Assembly: GCA_951406725.2 (NCBI GenBank)
Contig: OX597828.1
Coordinates: 71,672,001 to 71,736,000 of the forward strand
Origin: Octopus vulgaris
Lineage: Eukaryota
Direction: 5' to 3'
DNA length: 64,000 bases
In this document: piece after piece, positions 43,645-56,787 of the stretch
How positions within the stretch are numbered: position 1 is the stretch's first letter
Layout: each line of letters opens with the position of its first letter
The notes under the pieces: model-generated
Told to the model about the DNA's origin: nothing
Databases searched by the model: none
What the model saw: the letters and a program-made list of their open reading frames with translations, nothing else
Translations under genes and position numbers: made by a program

Positions 43645-44179
43645 CAGATGCAGGTTTATTCAAAAAGAATGAACCGATTTCATTACACAATATTTTAATA
43701 AGGAAAAGCAATAGAAAACTCCAGCTAAGTCACAAGTATTTACTCACAATCAGCTTTTATTTCCTGTCTTACGAGTGTTCAACGTGGCCACCACCTGCAG
43801 CACGGGAAACATCAACACGATAAGAGAATTCCTGCCAGACGCGTATCACGATCCACTGAGTTGATCGCTGTTGTGTGATTTTTTTTCTCTTGTGGGGATA
43901 TGTAAAAGATCGCGTTTATGTTCCACCGCTACACACCTTAAACATCGAACAACAACAGCGATCAACTCAGTGGATCGTGATATGGTGATACGCGTCTGGG
44001 AGGAATTCTCTCATCGCATTGATGTTGCCCGTGTTGGTGGTGGTGGCCACATTGAAAACTTGCAAGACAGGAAATAAAAGTTGAAGTAAATACTTGTGAT
44101 TAGCTGAGTATTCTAGTTTTCTTATTAAAATATTGCGTAATGAAATCAGTTCAGTCTTTTTGAATAAACCTGCATACTG
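43645..44179. mobile_element. Fold-back element made of two inverted 3' ends of a DD41D/rosa-like transposon
   Basis: TA|CAG...CTG|TA ends; about 230-bp inverted arms (43645-43874, 43950-44179); C-terminal transposase remnant CDFF.WGYVKDRVY...AINSVDRDMVIRVWEEFSHRIDV...GGGHIE. Confidence 0.85.
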
Positions 44180-44266
<87 letters not shown>

Positions 44267-44279
44267 TAGATAGATAGAT

Positions 44280-44390
<111 letters not shown>

Positions 44391-44838
44391 TGTAGATATC
44401 TGTGCGTGTGTGTGTATAAGCGAGTAGTATAAAGTATAGATTCAGAAACTAATGCGGCTACCATAGTAAGCTCCTCGTACGTACTCGGCTATCAGTGCAC
44501 AGAGTAGTGAGTTACGAAGTAGTGTAATGTACAGTATCCATCTAACTGAAATCCCCAAAAATCTGAACGATGAAATAATTTTCTGGGAAATATATAAAAA
44601 GCATAAAGTCAGCAGATAAGAGACGTGACTTTAAATTAGTGCATCAGTTTGTAAATATACAACTGTGTTATATAATGCTGAGAACACGTATTAAGGCAAA
44701 CATGTGCTCACGATTTCTTGTATTCAGAAACTCATACTACAAGAAGAGGGTTGCGAAACGGTGGTAATCCTATGGAAGTCACTTGGTTAAATGAAACGGT
44801 AATCACCTCACATGCCTCCCAACTTTATTTTTATTTAA

Positions 44839-44914
<76 letters not shown>

Positions 44915-45028
44915 TTGAATGTATGTATGTATATATATATATATAAACATATATATATATACATATACATTTATATATATATATATACATACATACATAC
45001 ATATATGTATGTGTATATAAATGTGTGC

Positions 45029-45145
<117 letters not shown>

Positions 45146-45324
45146 TATATATAAGATTAGTAGAGTTAGAGGTTGGAATAACCGTCTAAGGGATAGAAAT
45201 ATCCGTTATACTACCGGTATAATTACCTATTTTAACCTTGGGCATACATATGCAAGCATATTATGCTCATAGCTTACAGGTAATGACAAAGGTAAAAATG
45301 AGCTTTTTCGGAATCAGATTTAAA

Positions 45325-45898
45325 GTAAACAGAAAATGGAGAAATGTTGATCAGCAACAACTGACTAACATCGATTATTACTTGTTTATACAAATAGACT
45401 GTCTCCCATCTAACAGCTGTTTCTGCTTCCAATGTCCCACGGTATTGCCTTTGAAAATTCTGAAAATAATATTCATCATATTTGGTAAGACATCCGATCT
45501 GAAACATGGAGCTTCATCAGAGTGACGAAAAATACATAAAAGAAAAGAAAGAGAAGAAGAAGAAGAAGAAGAAGAAGAAGAAGAAGAAGAAGAAGAAGAA
45601 GAAGAAGAAGAAGAAGAAGAAGAAGAAGAAGAAGAAGAAGAAATGCTTAATATATTTAAATCGTACCATTTTGCATATGAGACGCTTCAGGACGCTGATT
45701 AAATGACTAAACTTAAAATATTAATTAGTGGGTTAATTTTTCTATGCGTGTAACAGAGTGTATAAGTAATAAAAAAGTAAAAACAAAACTATACCATAAT
45801 TGGACACGCCAAAAGGTCTAGAAAAAGAGGGAGTGATGGTGCCAATAATCGATGTTAGTCAATTGTTGTTGATCAATATTTCTCCATTTTCTGTTTAC
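45325..45898 (-). mobile_element. Penelope-like pLTR remnant bounded by 55-bp inverted repeats
   Basis: 45325-45379 is the reverse complement of 45844-45898 (3 mismatches); contains a hammerhead motif. Confidence 0.6.
45407..45524 (-). ncRNA. Minimal type I hammerhead ribozyme motif with a long loop II
   Basis: Minus strand: cact-CTGATGA-aGCTCC...GGAAGCa-GAAA-CAGCTG-TT-agatg; intact core and palindromic stem III. Confidence 0.7.
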
Positions 45899-46484
45899 AT
45901 ATATATATATATATGCATGTATTTATATACATATATTTCAACATTACCATCATCACCAAGCACAACATTATATATGCATATATATATAAGTAAACACAGT
46001 GCATATAATGCATATATATACATGCATACATAATTACGACTACCCCAGCGAAAACATCTCAAAGCAAATGCAGATTAAGTTCAATGTTGAACAAGTTTTT
46101 GTAGCAATACACACACACGCACACGCACACGAGCACACGCGCGCAGACACACACACACACACACACACACTCACTCACACACGCACAGACATGCACACAC
46201 ATGTGGAGGGGGAGGGCTTAAAAATAATGATTGGTTGCTACAAATGCAGGTTGTTTCACTCTCATGTGCTCATCATAACAACAGTTGGCAGCTACAAGAT
46301 TTGGTTTCTATAACCAAGGGAAACCTCTTTTTGAGGAAACCTATAATTAGTGAACAGGTTTTATGTAGAATCTGTTAATATTTTCTTGCTGTGCGTCATT
46401 AAAAAAGAAAATGTTTTCTTTCAGTAATTATCCCAAAGTCGTTGTCTTAAATAAATATTACTTTTGTGGTGGTAAAAAAAAGGG

Positions 46485-46795
46485 TAAAGACCCCCTTCGG
46501 TTATGAATGACCATGGGATTGCATCTAAAAAAGTTCCTCTCAAAAGCACAAGTCCAGGCAGGGTTGTGTATGCAGTCGGCCATGCATACCAGCCCCCCTC
46601 TCCACGCCAACGTTGTTGTCCAAGGGCTTCAAACCGATACAGCTTGGTCCCAGTGACTTATTTCTACAGCTGAGTGAACTGGAGCAACGTGAAATAAAGT
46701 GTCTTGCTCGAGCACGCAACATACAGCCCGGTTCGGGAGTCGAACTCACTACCTTATGATTGTGAACCCGACGCTCTAACCACTTAGCCATGCCC
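46485..46795 (-). mobile_element. SINE family C (tRNA-derived), full length
   Basis: Minus strand TGGCTAAGTGGTTAGAGCG (A box)...GAGTTCGACTCCC (B box)...GAGCAAGACACTTTATTTCACGTTGCTCCAG; homologous to 57069-57398. Confidence 0.9.
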
Positions 46796-47431
46796 CTTTT
46801 GGGGGGGGGGGGATAATTCTAATTTGTCTTCATCCGAGTGCGTTGAAATTTTAAGAACCTTTACCTTATAAACCTGATCAAACATTTTAGATAAAATCTT
46901 TGGCTAAATTTAATGCAATAATACGTCTTCAACTATGGCGATATACCCTATAAATCGTCACATGGTTAGAATCATTCCGAAATAAAACAAACGATATGTT
47001 CTGATAAGTAGATATCGAAGTATATTACGCTTCTCTTACAAAACCGTTATTAAATAACGCTTTAAATTATGCTAAACCAAAAACTATTATATTTAATCCA
47101 AAGCGGAAATCAAATTACAAGTGAAGTAGACATTTAGGAGACATCTACTGGAATAGCTAACACTTGTTTTGACGTCAGCATGGGTGCAAATGAATATATG
47201 ATTCAGCTGAAGTAAGCAGCCTAATAGGTTTATGTGTTATCGATTCTAAAAAGTGAAATTCATTTCTGTGTGAAGAGATCTGAATGGAGATGAGATTTCT
47301 GTTGTATAAAACGAACTTAACCAGCGGAAAACAGATTCCACAAAACTTACACTTAATTTTTAAAAGCAAACGTCTGTTTCACATCGTCAGGCGACGACAA
47401 CATCACTGCTGATAAACGTGTAGCGACATTT

Positions 47432-47602
47432 TCTTTTACTTGTTTCAGTCATTAAACTACGGCTACGCTGGAGCACCACTTTGAGGAGTTTTTAGTCGAC
47501 CGAATCGACCGTAGTACATCGGTCTGTTTGCCGAACCGCTAAAGTGATGTAAACAAACCAACACCACTTACCAAGCTGTGGTGGCGGACAAACAGACACA
47601 CA

Positions 47603-47677
<75 letters not shown>

Positions 47678-47808
47678 ATGTGTGTGTGTGTGTGTCTGTG
47701 TGTGTGTGTGTCTTCATTTAGTGTCCATCTACCAAATCCACTCATAAAGCTTTAGTCGGGCCAGGGGCTAAAGACACTTGCAGAAAACACTTGCTCAAGG
47801 TGCCGTGT
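47432..47808 (-). mobile_element. SINE family B with internal (TA)n/(TG)n
   Basis: TCTTTTACTTGTTTCAGTCATT...GCTGGAGCACC...ACCAAATCCACTCA...CAAGGTGCC. Confidence 0.85.
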
Positions 47809-49561
47809 TTGGTAATATAACATTTCTCCCTCTCTCCAGTCGTCCAATCCTACATGTACCGCTAGATACATGTAGGATTGGAGAGTCAGGAGGAGGGCAT
47901 CTATGTCTTCTCACGGTCATTCTCAGGGAATTACCGAAAGCACGGTACACGCGACCAAACCGCGCTCGCTCGTGAGTGACGGCTGTTCATGTCACACTTG
48001 AAGCAGTTGATCTACAGCGTCTGTCACAATCGCTCGACAGAATCTCTCCAGTTGACCAGTAATATACATCACAACTGATTGAACTGTCGCCTACGTCACA
48101 GTTTACCTTTAACGCCGGCCATAAGTTATCGCCATTGCCCGCCACCGACATATTGCATCTGTTACGTTTGATAAGCCTTATATGATCGAAGAGGAGCATA
48201 TAATAGCGAATGAATGATTTATTGAATACAAGAATGACTGAATTTAAGAATAAATCAATTCTTTGCAGAAATAATGGCATTCTCACTGCTGTGTTTATTG
48301 TGTTTCCCGCATAAAATTTACAATGAAACTGTTCATGCACAAAAGAAGAGAGGTACTACACACACACACATACACATACACACATACACATACATGCACA
48401 CACACACACACACACATACACACATATACACACATACACACATATGTATATATGTATATATATATATACATATATATGTGTGTGTATGTATATATATGTA
48501 TATATAGTATGTATGCATGTATATATATAGAGATAGATACATAGATAGCTAGCTAGATAGATAGATAGGTATATATATAAATACATGCATGCATACATAT
48601 ATATGTGTGTGTATGTATATATATATACATACACACACGCATATATATATATATATGCATGTATATATATATGCATATATATATATATGCATATATATAT
48701 ATATGCATACATAAATACATGCATATATATATATATATATATGCATACATATATACATACATACATACATATATATATATAAATATATATAAATAAATAC
48801 ATATATTGGCACATATATATATATGTACGCACATATATATATATACACTCTTATACACATACATACATATATACATGTATATATGTGCATGCGTGTATGT
48901 TTATGTACACAGACACAGACACACACACACACACACGCACACACACATATATATATATATATATACAAAGAGGGAGAGAGTGGGAGAGAAGAGTGAAGGA
49001 GAGGGAGAGCGGGGAAGAGCTGGGGAAGATATGAGGGAGAGAGAAAGAGAGTGACGTATTGTGGATTACATAACTCTTTGTGTTGTGATAGACAACAAAA
49101 AACTGAAAAAAATCAATGCGTTTTTCAACCAAAATTTCGATAGGAATGGGAGACCCTCCCCGCCCCCGTCCTTGGTTTTATAACCGACTAACAGCAAATG
49201 GTTAGGTAAGCATTAACACAATTAATGTAACGAAGTAGATAATTTTAATTAAACAAGAAACTAATTAAACTGATGAAAGCCAAACGATTGATTAACGTTG
49301 AAATTTACTTCAGACAAACAAGGGTGACAACTCTAAATCAAGAAATGTCGGAGTGAGTTGACAAAATCGATATTTCAGTGGAATATTGTTGGAAATAGGC
49401 ACACGGCAATGGGCTGACACCCGTCCGCTATATTAACGCATTAGTCATTCTATTGAGAGCATAATACATCTCTGTAGGTCTTATCTGTGTGCAGTCACAA
49501 TCCCAAATACATACATACATACATACATACATACATACATACATACATACATACATGCTGT

Positions 49562-49595
<34 letters not shown>

Positions 49596-49662
49596 TATAT
49601 ATGATAAAGCACCGTATGTGGAGTGTCTACATATTAGACTAGTCATATAACATACAACTCGA

Positions 49663-49706
<44 letters not shown>

Positions 49707-49709
<3 letters not shown>

Positions 49710-49841
49710 CGTAGCTGTGTGGTAAGTAGCTAGGGTTTAGTCCCACAGCGTGGCACCTTCGGCAAGTTTCTTCTATTATAGCCTCGAGCCGACCAAAGGC
49801 TTGTGAGTGGATTTGGTCGACGGAAACTGAAAGAAGTCCGT

Positions 49842-49900
<59 letters not shown>

Positions 49901-50110
49901 GATATTTGTGTGTCTGTGTTTGTCACCCCCCCATCGCTTGACAATCGATGTTGGTGTGTTCACGTCCCCGTAACTTAGCTGTTCGGCAAAAGAGACCAAT
50001 AGAATAAATACTAGGCTTACAAAAGATAAGTCTTGGGGTCGATTTGCTCGACTAAAGGCGGTGCTCCAGCATGGCCGCAGTCAAATGTCTGAAACAAGTA
50101 AAAGAATAAA
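49707..50110 (+). mobile_element. SINE family B with internal microsatellite
   Basis: Homologous to 42942-43292 along its whole length. Confidence 0.9.
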
Positions 50111-50203
50111 GAAAAAAAGAATATACACACACATATACATACATACTCATACATAGCACACACACACACACGCATAAACACATACGCACACACATATACA
50201 TAC

Positions 50204-50313
<110 letters not shown>

Positions 50314-50364
50314 TGTAAAATCTATAAAAAGAGTACGTTGAGGTTGCTGTGAAGAGTGAATAAA

Positions 50365-50397
50365 TCCAACGTTTCGGATAGAGTTCTTCTTCAGAGA
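50365..50397 (-). ncRNA. Very small hammerhead-like motif, degenerate
   Basis: tct-CTGAAGA-aGAActctaTCC-GAAA-CG-TT-gga; stem II has a mismatch. Confidence 0.5.
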
Positions 50398-50489
50398 AAA
50401 TTTGAAATAAGAGAAATACCTACGTACAAACATACACAGACATATACAAACATGCACATTTATGTATGTGTGAGTATGTATATTATATA

Positions 50490-50682
50490 TAGGGGGAGAA
50501 TTCACAAAAATAAATTGACGAAGATAGGTGGTGTAGACAACAAACAGATGTATTAGTACAGCGCTCGGGAAGTGAAAAAGTCTTTAACGTTTTGAGCCTA
50601 CGCTCTTCCACAGAAAGAAACACAGAAAGAAACGAGGAGAGAAAATATAGAATGTGTAGTGGTTAGCGATCCATCATGGCGA
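50490..50682 (-). mobile_element. Putative Penelope-derived repeat with a variant hammerhead at 50582-50617
   Basis: cttt-CTGTGGA-a-GAGC-gtag-GCTC-AAAA-CG-TT-aaag: stems I and II pair, core mutated. Confidence 0.5.
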
Positions 50683-50805
50683 TACGTATATACGTTTATA
50701 TGTATGTGTGTGTGTTTTTGTGTGTATGTGTGTGTTTATGTGAGTATCTGTGCATATATGGAATTGATTTTTTACTTATGACAGTAAATTTTACCTCGAG
50801 AAAGG

Positions 50806-50873
50806 AACCCTGAGGAAGGAGGGCTGAATTTCGAATACTTCGTACAACTACTTTTCTGAAACGGCTGCAGGTT
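50806..50873 (+). ncRNA. Hammerhead ribozyme motif, probably inactivated
   Basis: AACC-CTGAGGA-AGGAG...TTTCT-GAAA-CGGCTG-CA-GGTT; 4-bp stem I; U16.1 replaced by C. Confidence 0.65.
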
Positions 50874-50953
50874 AGGAAAAAATTTTAATCGCCTCTTTCA
50901 ATTTAGGTTTTTATTTTTCATGTTTATATTCGTATTTCATTGTTATGTTTATA

Positions 50954-51304
50954 TTGGGTTGTCCGGAAAGTTCGTTCCGATTTTTAAAGGAAAGTAAAGG
51001 TCACTAAATACTTGCCTTTACATTTTTAATGAACCAAATCTGAACCATTTCGTTGCACAATATGTCTCCATCTTTCCTTTACCTTGAAAATACCCTCTTC
51101 CCAGAATTGGGGGTGGTTTCAAGGCAAAGAATTCATCATGGTATCTTTTTACGTCATCTAAGGAATTGAAATTTTTACCATTAAGACTTTTCTGCAGAGA
51201 CCTGAATAAGTGGAAATCCGAAGGAGCAATATCTGGGGAATAGGGAGGGTGGGGGTAACACATCCCAGCCGAGCTGCAGCAATTTTTGTCTGGTTCCCAA
51301 AGCA
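50954..51304 (-). mobile_element. mariner (DD34D) 3' fragment with one TIR
   Basis: HPPYSPDIAPSDFHLFRSLQ motif; TA|TTGGGTTGTCCGGAAAGTTCG end. Confidence 0.9.
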
Positions 51305-51307
51305 TCA

Positions 51308-51466
51308 AGTTCAAATTCTGCCGAGGTCGACTTTGCCTTTCATCCTTTCGGGGTCGATAAATTAAGTACCAGTTACGCACTGGGGTCGATGTAATCGACT
51401 TAATCCGTTTGTCTGTCCTTGTTTGTCCCCCCCTATGTTTAGCCCCTTGTGGGTAGTAAAGAAATA
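51308..51466 (+). mobile_element. SINE family A variant, 5'-truncated
   Basis: GTTCAAATTCTGCCGAGGTCGACTTTGCCTTTCATCCTTTCGGGGTCGATAAATTAAGTACC. Confidence 0.85.
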
Positions 51467-51652
51467 TATATTAATTTAGCATTAGAATTCTTCAAGTTGT
51501 ATAAAAATTGTTTGCATCATTCGAAAGAGAAATAAATTTTGCATAAGGTGTAAAAGATATAAATAATTTGTATGGTGTTAGTAACAAAATATTTTGTAAG
51601 AAATGGAACTTTTATCGTCGGTCTTAACTATATTTTCGCAGGTGTATATATC

Positions 51653-54208
51653 TCAGGTCATCCCATAAGTTCTGTCCGAATTTTGGATAAAGAATCCAAG
51701 TGATCAAATGTTATATTTAATTGAAAGTTAATCATCAATGTACTTTCCCTGATTATCTATGACTTACTTCCATCTATTTACAAGCTTTTTAATCCCATCA
51801 ATGTAAAACTCTTTTGGTTTCAAAGCGAAGAACTCTGAAATGCCAGGTTCGACCTCCTCCCGGCTTGCGAAAGTTGTGTATCCCTAATAATTCTGTAAAC
51901 GATGAAACAAATGGTATCCTGAAGGAGTAAGGTCGGGAGAATAAGTTGGATGAAGAAATTTTTCCAAACCGACCTCTTCGATCTTCTGTGATGTGATCTT
52001 TGCAGTGTGGGGTTGCGCATTGTCCTGATGAAACATCACTTGTTTTCGACTCACTAAAGCGGCTCTTTTTTCCTTCAAAGCTTGGTTCAAACGCTCTAAT
52101 TGCTGACAGTAGACTTGAGCATTGATTGTTGCATTAGGTGGTAACAATATAAAGTGAATTACGCCTTTGCAATCGCACCAGATAGAGTAGAACCTTTTCC
52201 CATGAAGTTCCCTTCTCGGTTGTGGTTGAGCATTTTCCCTTTTACCAAGCCACTGTTTACGACGTTTAACATTTCGATAGAAAATCCATTTTTCGTCACA
52301 AGTCTATTGAAAAAGGGTGAAATGAGTTTGCGAGAATGGAGAGAAGAGCAGATGTCAACTCGGGATTTGCGGTTGCTTTCGGACAATACATGAGGCACCT
52401 ATTTTCCAAGTTTAGGAAAGTTTCCACGTTGTTGAAGATGACGATGAACGGTTGTATGGTTTGAAGTAAGCTTTATTGCCAATTCTTCAACTGATAACGC
52501 AGGATTTTCCTCAAGTAATGCCTCAAGGAGCTTATCATCAGACTCAACTGGACATCCTATTCGATCTTCATCTTCAATTTTGCAAACGATCACCTGCAAG
52601 TTCTTTCATTCAAGCACTTTCCCATAAACTGAGTGTATGTTTCGAGTCACTTCGGCTGCAGAGTTACCTTTATTATATTCATAAAGAATTATATGTGCCT
52701 TAAATGCTCCTTGGATACTTCCATGTTGAAAGGTTTTAATCAAAGCAATTTTAGGGTATCCACGAAGTCTGGGTACATGGAATAAAGTCATAACATAAAT
52801 AAATATAAGAAATAATAATTTTCCATTTTTTACTTTTGTTTAAATTAAATAAAAAATACTTTACTTTTCTAAATTTATTTGTTATTTTTTCTACAGATGA
52901 TCGAATGATGGATCTGTCTAAAGAAGAAAGAATCCCAGATCGAATGATGAATCTGTCTAAAGAAAGAATCGAGATAATATTATTACGTGGACGAGAGGGA
53001 TGGTCTTATCGCAAAATTAAGGAACAATTTAATCTTCGACACCCTTTTAGGCAACCTATTTATTTTACTGCCGTCAGGAAATTGATTAAGAAATTTAAAG
53101 AAACAGTCAGTGTTTTTGGATAAGACTTCAGATGAAACGAAAGAGGCTGTCATGGCTAAAGTTTCTGCTAGCCCAAAGAAATCACTTCGTCGGACATCCA
53201 CGGTGTTAGGTGTTCCAAAACCAACCATCCACAAAATGCTGGTTGAGGAAAAGTTTCATCGATACAACCTACAGATATTGCATCACTTAAATGAAGACGA
53301 CCCTGATAGACGAATGTAGACGTGAGAATGGTTTTCAGATAAATTGGATGAAAATATCAATTTTACGAAAAACTTTGTTGTTCAGTGACAAAGCTACGTT
53401 TTATGTAAACGGTGAGGTCAACAGACAGAATCTTTTATACTGGTCTCGAGGTAATCCACATTGGATGGATCTATCCAAACAGCAAGGCAGCAAAAAGGTG
53501 ATGGTGTGGTGTGGTTTTTGGAAAGCTCATGTTCTAGAACCCTTCTTCATTGAATATGTAACGGATGAGACTTATGTAAACATATTGAGAGACAAATTAA
53601 TATCTCAAATTGAGCGCCTAGACGAGGACCTTCCGAATTGGATTCAGCAGGATGGGGCCCCTACCCATTTTGCCACAACTGTTAGAGATTGGTTTAATGA
53701 CACTTTTCCTCACTGGATTGGACGAAGGGCTCATGTGGAAAGGTCCCGTCGTTCACCAGACCTTTCTCCCTTTGATTTCTTTTTCTGGGGTATGTTGAAA
53801 GAGAAAGATTGCAATAAAGATTACAGATTTAAAACACATGAGAGAACGCATTACCAGTCAGTGTGCTGAAATTGATGGCAATGTAGACTTATTTAATCAA
53901 GTTCACCTGAATTTTGCAAGGCGCATCAAGTTATGCATTGAAAAATGATGGAAATCACTTTGAAAATATTATTTATTAACATTATAATTAAATGAAATTA
54001 GTTTGGTTTAAAAGTATGTGTTAATCCCCATGTACGCAGACTTTGTGGACATCCTCTATTATTTTGTAAAATAATATTGAATTAATTTAAACGTACACAA
54101 ATGCATAAAAATTATTTTTAATTGAATTAGACATTTGAAGATACTATCAATTTTCATTTAAATCTAAAAAAAAAAAAGGTAAAAGTGGACAGAACTGATT
54201 GAATGACT

Positions 54209-54211
<3 letters not shown>
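51653..54211 (-). mobile_element. mariner (DD34D) element with both TIRs and a transposase pseudogene (51728-52724), interrupted by a nested insertion
   Basis: TIRs TCAGGTCATCCCATAAGTTCTGTCC and GGACAGAACTGATTGAATGACTTGA; motifs MEVSKEHLRH, FHQDNAQPH, HPTYSPDLTPSG; many frameshifts. Confidence 0.9.
52752..54058 (+). mobile_element. DD40/41D (rosa/Visitor-type) transposon with a disrupted transposase, nested in the mariner
   Basis: TIRs GGGTATCCACGAAGTCTGGGTACATGG and CCATGTACGCAGACTTTGTGGACATCC; FSD...QQDGAP-(40 aa)-SPDLSPFDFFFWG. Confidence 0.9.
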
Positions 54212-54263
<52 letters not shown>

Positions 54264-54729
54264 CTATGATATTCTAGTAGGTTTCAAGTTTATAACACCT
54301 TGATATCTCATTGTTATCTCATTTTATATGCCTAAGACGTTTATTTTCTATTCTGGTTTTTATATATTTCTATACATTATATTTGTATCTATAATTTATT
54401 TTAAGCCGAAACATAATACGATCCTTGTACAAACGAAAGAACAAGAATGTCTTCTAGAACTTTTATCTTCCACCGGTGTTTGTAATCGATGGTGACATGT
54501 GCGATGATTTTGCGACTATCTTATATTTTACAGAGAAATTGGTCGCCCCGAATGTAAGCCACCACTTTATGCATAATACAATATTTATAGTTCTCTATTT
54601 CTAACTCAAATTCTGTCCTCAATAATTATATATCTCTGTTTATAAATGTAATTCTTTTTCTTCTCGTTCAGTTTATAACTATAACACGCATTCTTGTTTG
54701 TCGCTTGACAAAGCTTTTTTTCTCCAGCG

Positions 54730-55255
54730 TTCACCACTTCACCTCGTTAGGGTTAAACAGCCCTTACCGAATATTTCACTGTCCTGTTTTTGTTAGCAGC
54801 TTTGACGTTCCACGTATCTCAAATCTTATTTAATTTGCTTTGGGGGAGCAATTGCTTTGACGAAGACTCATCTTGTTGCACTGCTCGCAATGCGAAGTAG
54901 GTAAATCTGCCAACAATCGAGGAAGGGTTGTTTTTTTATGCTGCCTTCACGCTATAGTTTCCAATATATAATGGAAATTCTCCCAACCCGACCCGACCCG
55001 ACCCAACCCAACCCAACCCAACCGCCAGTGTACAGTCGTCTCAATGTCGCCCAGAGCGAGCTCTGGTCGCCATAGCGTCGACTGTGGGCCTGTGGCTGTG
55101 GACAGTCGCCTCAATGTCGCCCAGAGCGAGCCCATCACACTACATGGACCCTAAGTAAGGCATGTGTAAAATTTGAATGAAATTGGTTGTGTAGTTCTCA
55201 AGTTTTAGGGAAACAGACAGACACACACACATTCTCAGTTTTATGTATATAGATA
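54730..55255. mobile_element. Helentron/DINE-1-like non-autonomous repeat; left boundary uncertain
   Basis: About 100-bp terminal block with (CAGA)n shared with 56960-57066; internal 29-bp direct repeats (55033, 55103) and (ACCCR)n. Confidence 0.45.
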
Positions 55256-55923
55256 ATTTACATTAATATGAAAGTATATTAATTATAGTTTACTTTAATT
55301 AAAGATTAATTAATAAAGTGTAATGAGATGCCTTCTTTTAAGCAAAGTTGATATTTTATTCTTAATAAGAAGTTGCGTTTTAAGAAGTGTTCAAAGTGAT
55401 TTCGAAAATTGAATAGATATGTGAGAGCTTTAGGAACTTGTATAAAGAAAAGAGAAAATTCTGAAATCCAGCCTCAATGAGTGTTAGCAATTTAATAGCA
55501 TTGAAAATATTGCAATCTCAGGAATGGAAATAAACAGATGGATGTAAATTTCGAGCCCAAATAATTTACCTGACTCATTTTAGAGTAAATACTTGCATGG
55601 TGAGGGGGCTGCTGTGCTCTCTCTCATTGCTAGAGTTGAAGTCTCATGAGTTTCAAGAGTTATCATAACCAGAGCTACTCGGGGCCAACCACCAATGTAG
55701 ATAATGAAATTCCCGTATAACTGCACTAGCTTTGTTGAGTTGGCAATTGGGTAAAAGAATCCAATAGAATAAGCTTTATTGAGTTAGATTTTGTGAACTC
55801 TGGGCCAGATGTTTCTACCATGTTAGAAGTTTTTAATTTCAAGTTGGTTCAGATTTGGCTTTATCTAGATGGAGTAATTAAAAGTAATATCTAATATTCA
55901 AGAGTAATATTTCAATTTACTCA

Positions 55924-56056
55924 TGCGTGGTTATGTGGTAAGAAGGTTGCTTCCCAGCAGCATGATGCACGGCTAAACCTTGAGAGTGGATTTGGTGGAC
56001 GAAAGCTGATAGAAGTTGTCAAGTGTGTGTGTGCGTGTATCTGTAAGATTCCCGTC

Positions 56057-56060
<4 letters not shown>
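55924..56060 (+). mobile_element. SINE family B 5' fragment
   Basis: GTGGTTATGTGGTAAGAAGGTTGCTTCCCA...GAGTGGATTTGGTGGACG. Confidence 0.7.
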
Positions 56061-56129
<69 letters not shown>

Positions 56130-56787
56130 CTCTCAGGAATGAATCATTGCAAGCAAGTACAGGTGGAGTCCAGGTTATATCTTGATATCGCTTGTGATAA
56201 CAATACTCAAAATATATAACAGACTGGAATTGTAGGCCCCTCTCTTGCAATTTCGATCAATTGGATCTTGTCCTCCCTCTTGTATAGAAGTGTACGACTG
56301 CAGCGAAATTCATTTTTAGACTTTCTTTTATCGAAGGCATTTTAACAAAAATGCTTTCGTAAAGACGGTGAAAATATTGTCAATTTCCCCAAACAGGGAC
56401 ACAATTCTATTTTTAAACAATAACCAAAGCCCCTTCTCCGAAAGGGGAGGGTTACGGTTTACAATTATTTAACAAATGCAACACAACAACGTTTCCCTGA
56501 CGAGGAACCAACAAACGTGATTACAATAGTCAAACAGTAATAATAACAACAAACCTTTTTAATTTATCCCCATTTATGTGAAACCACTTATTCAAGTTCA
56601 AGTCATTGATGCAATTTTATACGAATTGCTAATACACACACACACACACACACATAATAAGGGTGAAAAATTGAATATTAATTTGATTAATATGAATTGA
56701 AAACCAGTGGTGTAGCATATAAGACCATAGCGGATCTTCTTGTAGCAAAATGGATGACCATTGTTAATGGTTCATCCCTTTTATATA

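Noticed and set aside
47987-48340. 117-aa minus-strand ORF in unique sequence
   Set aside because: No recognisable domain, and the length is compatible with chance.
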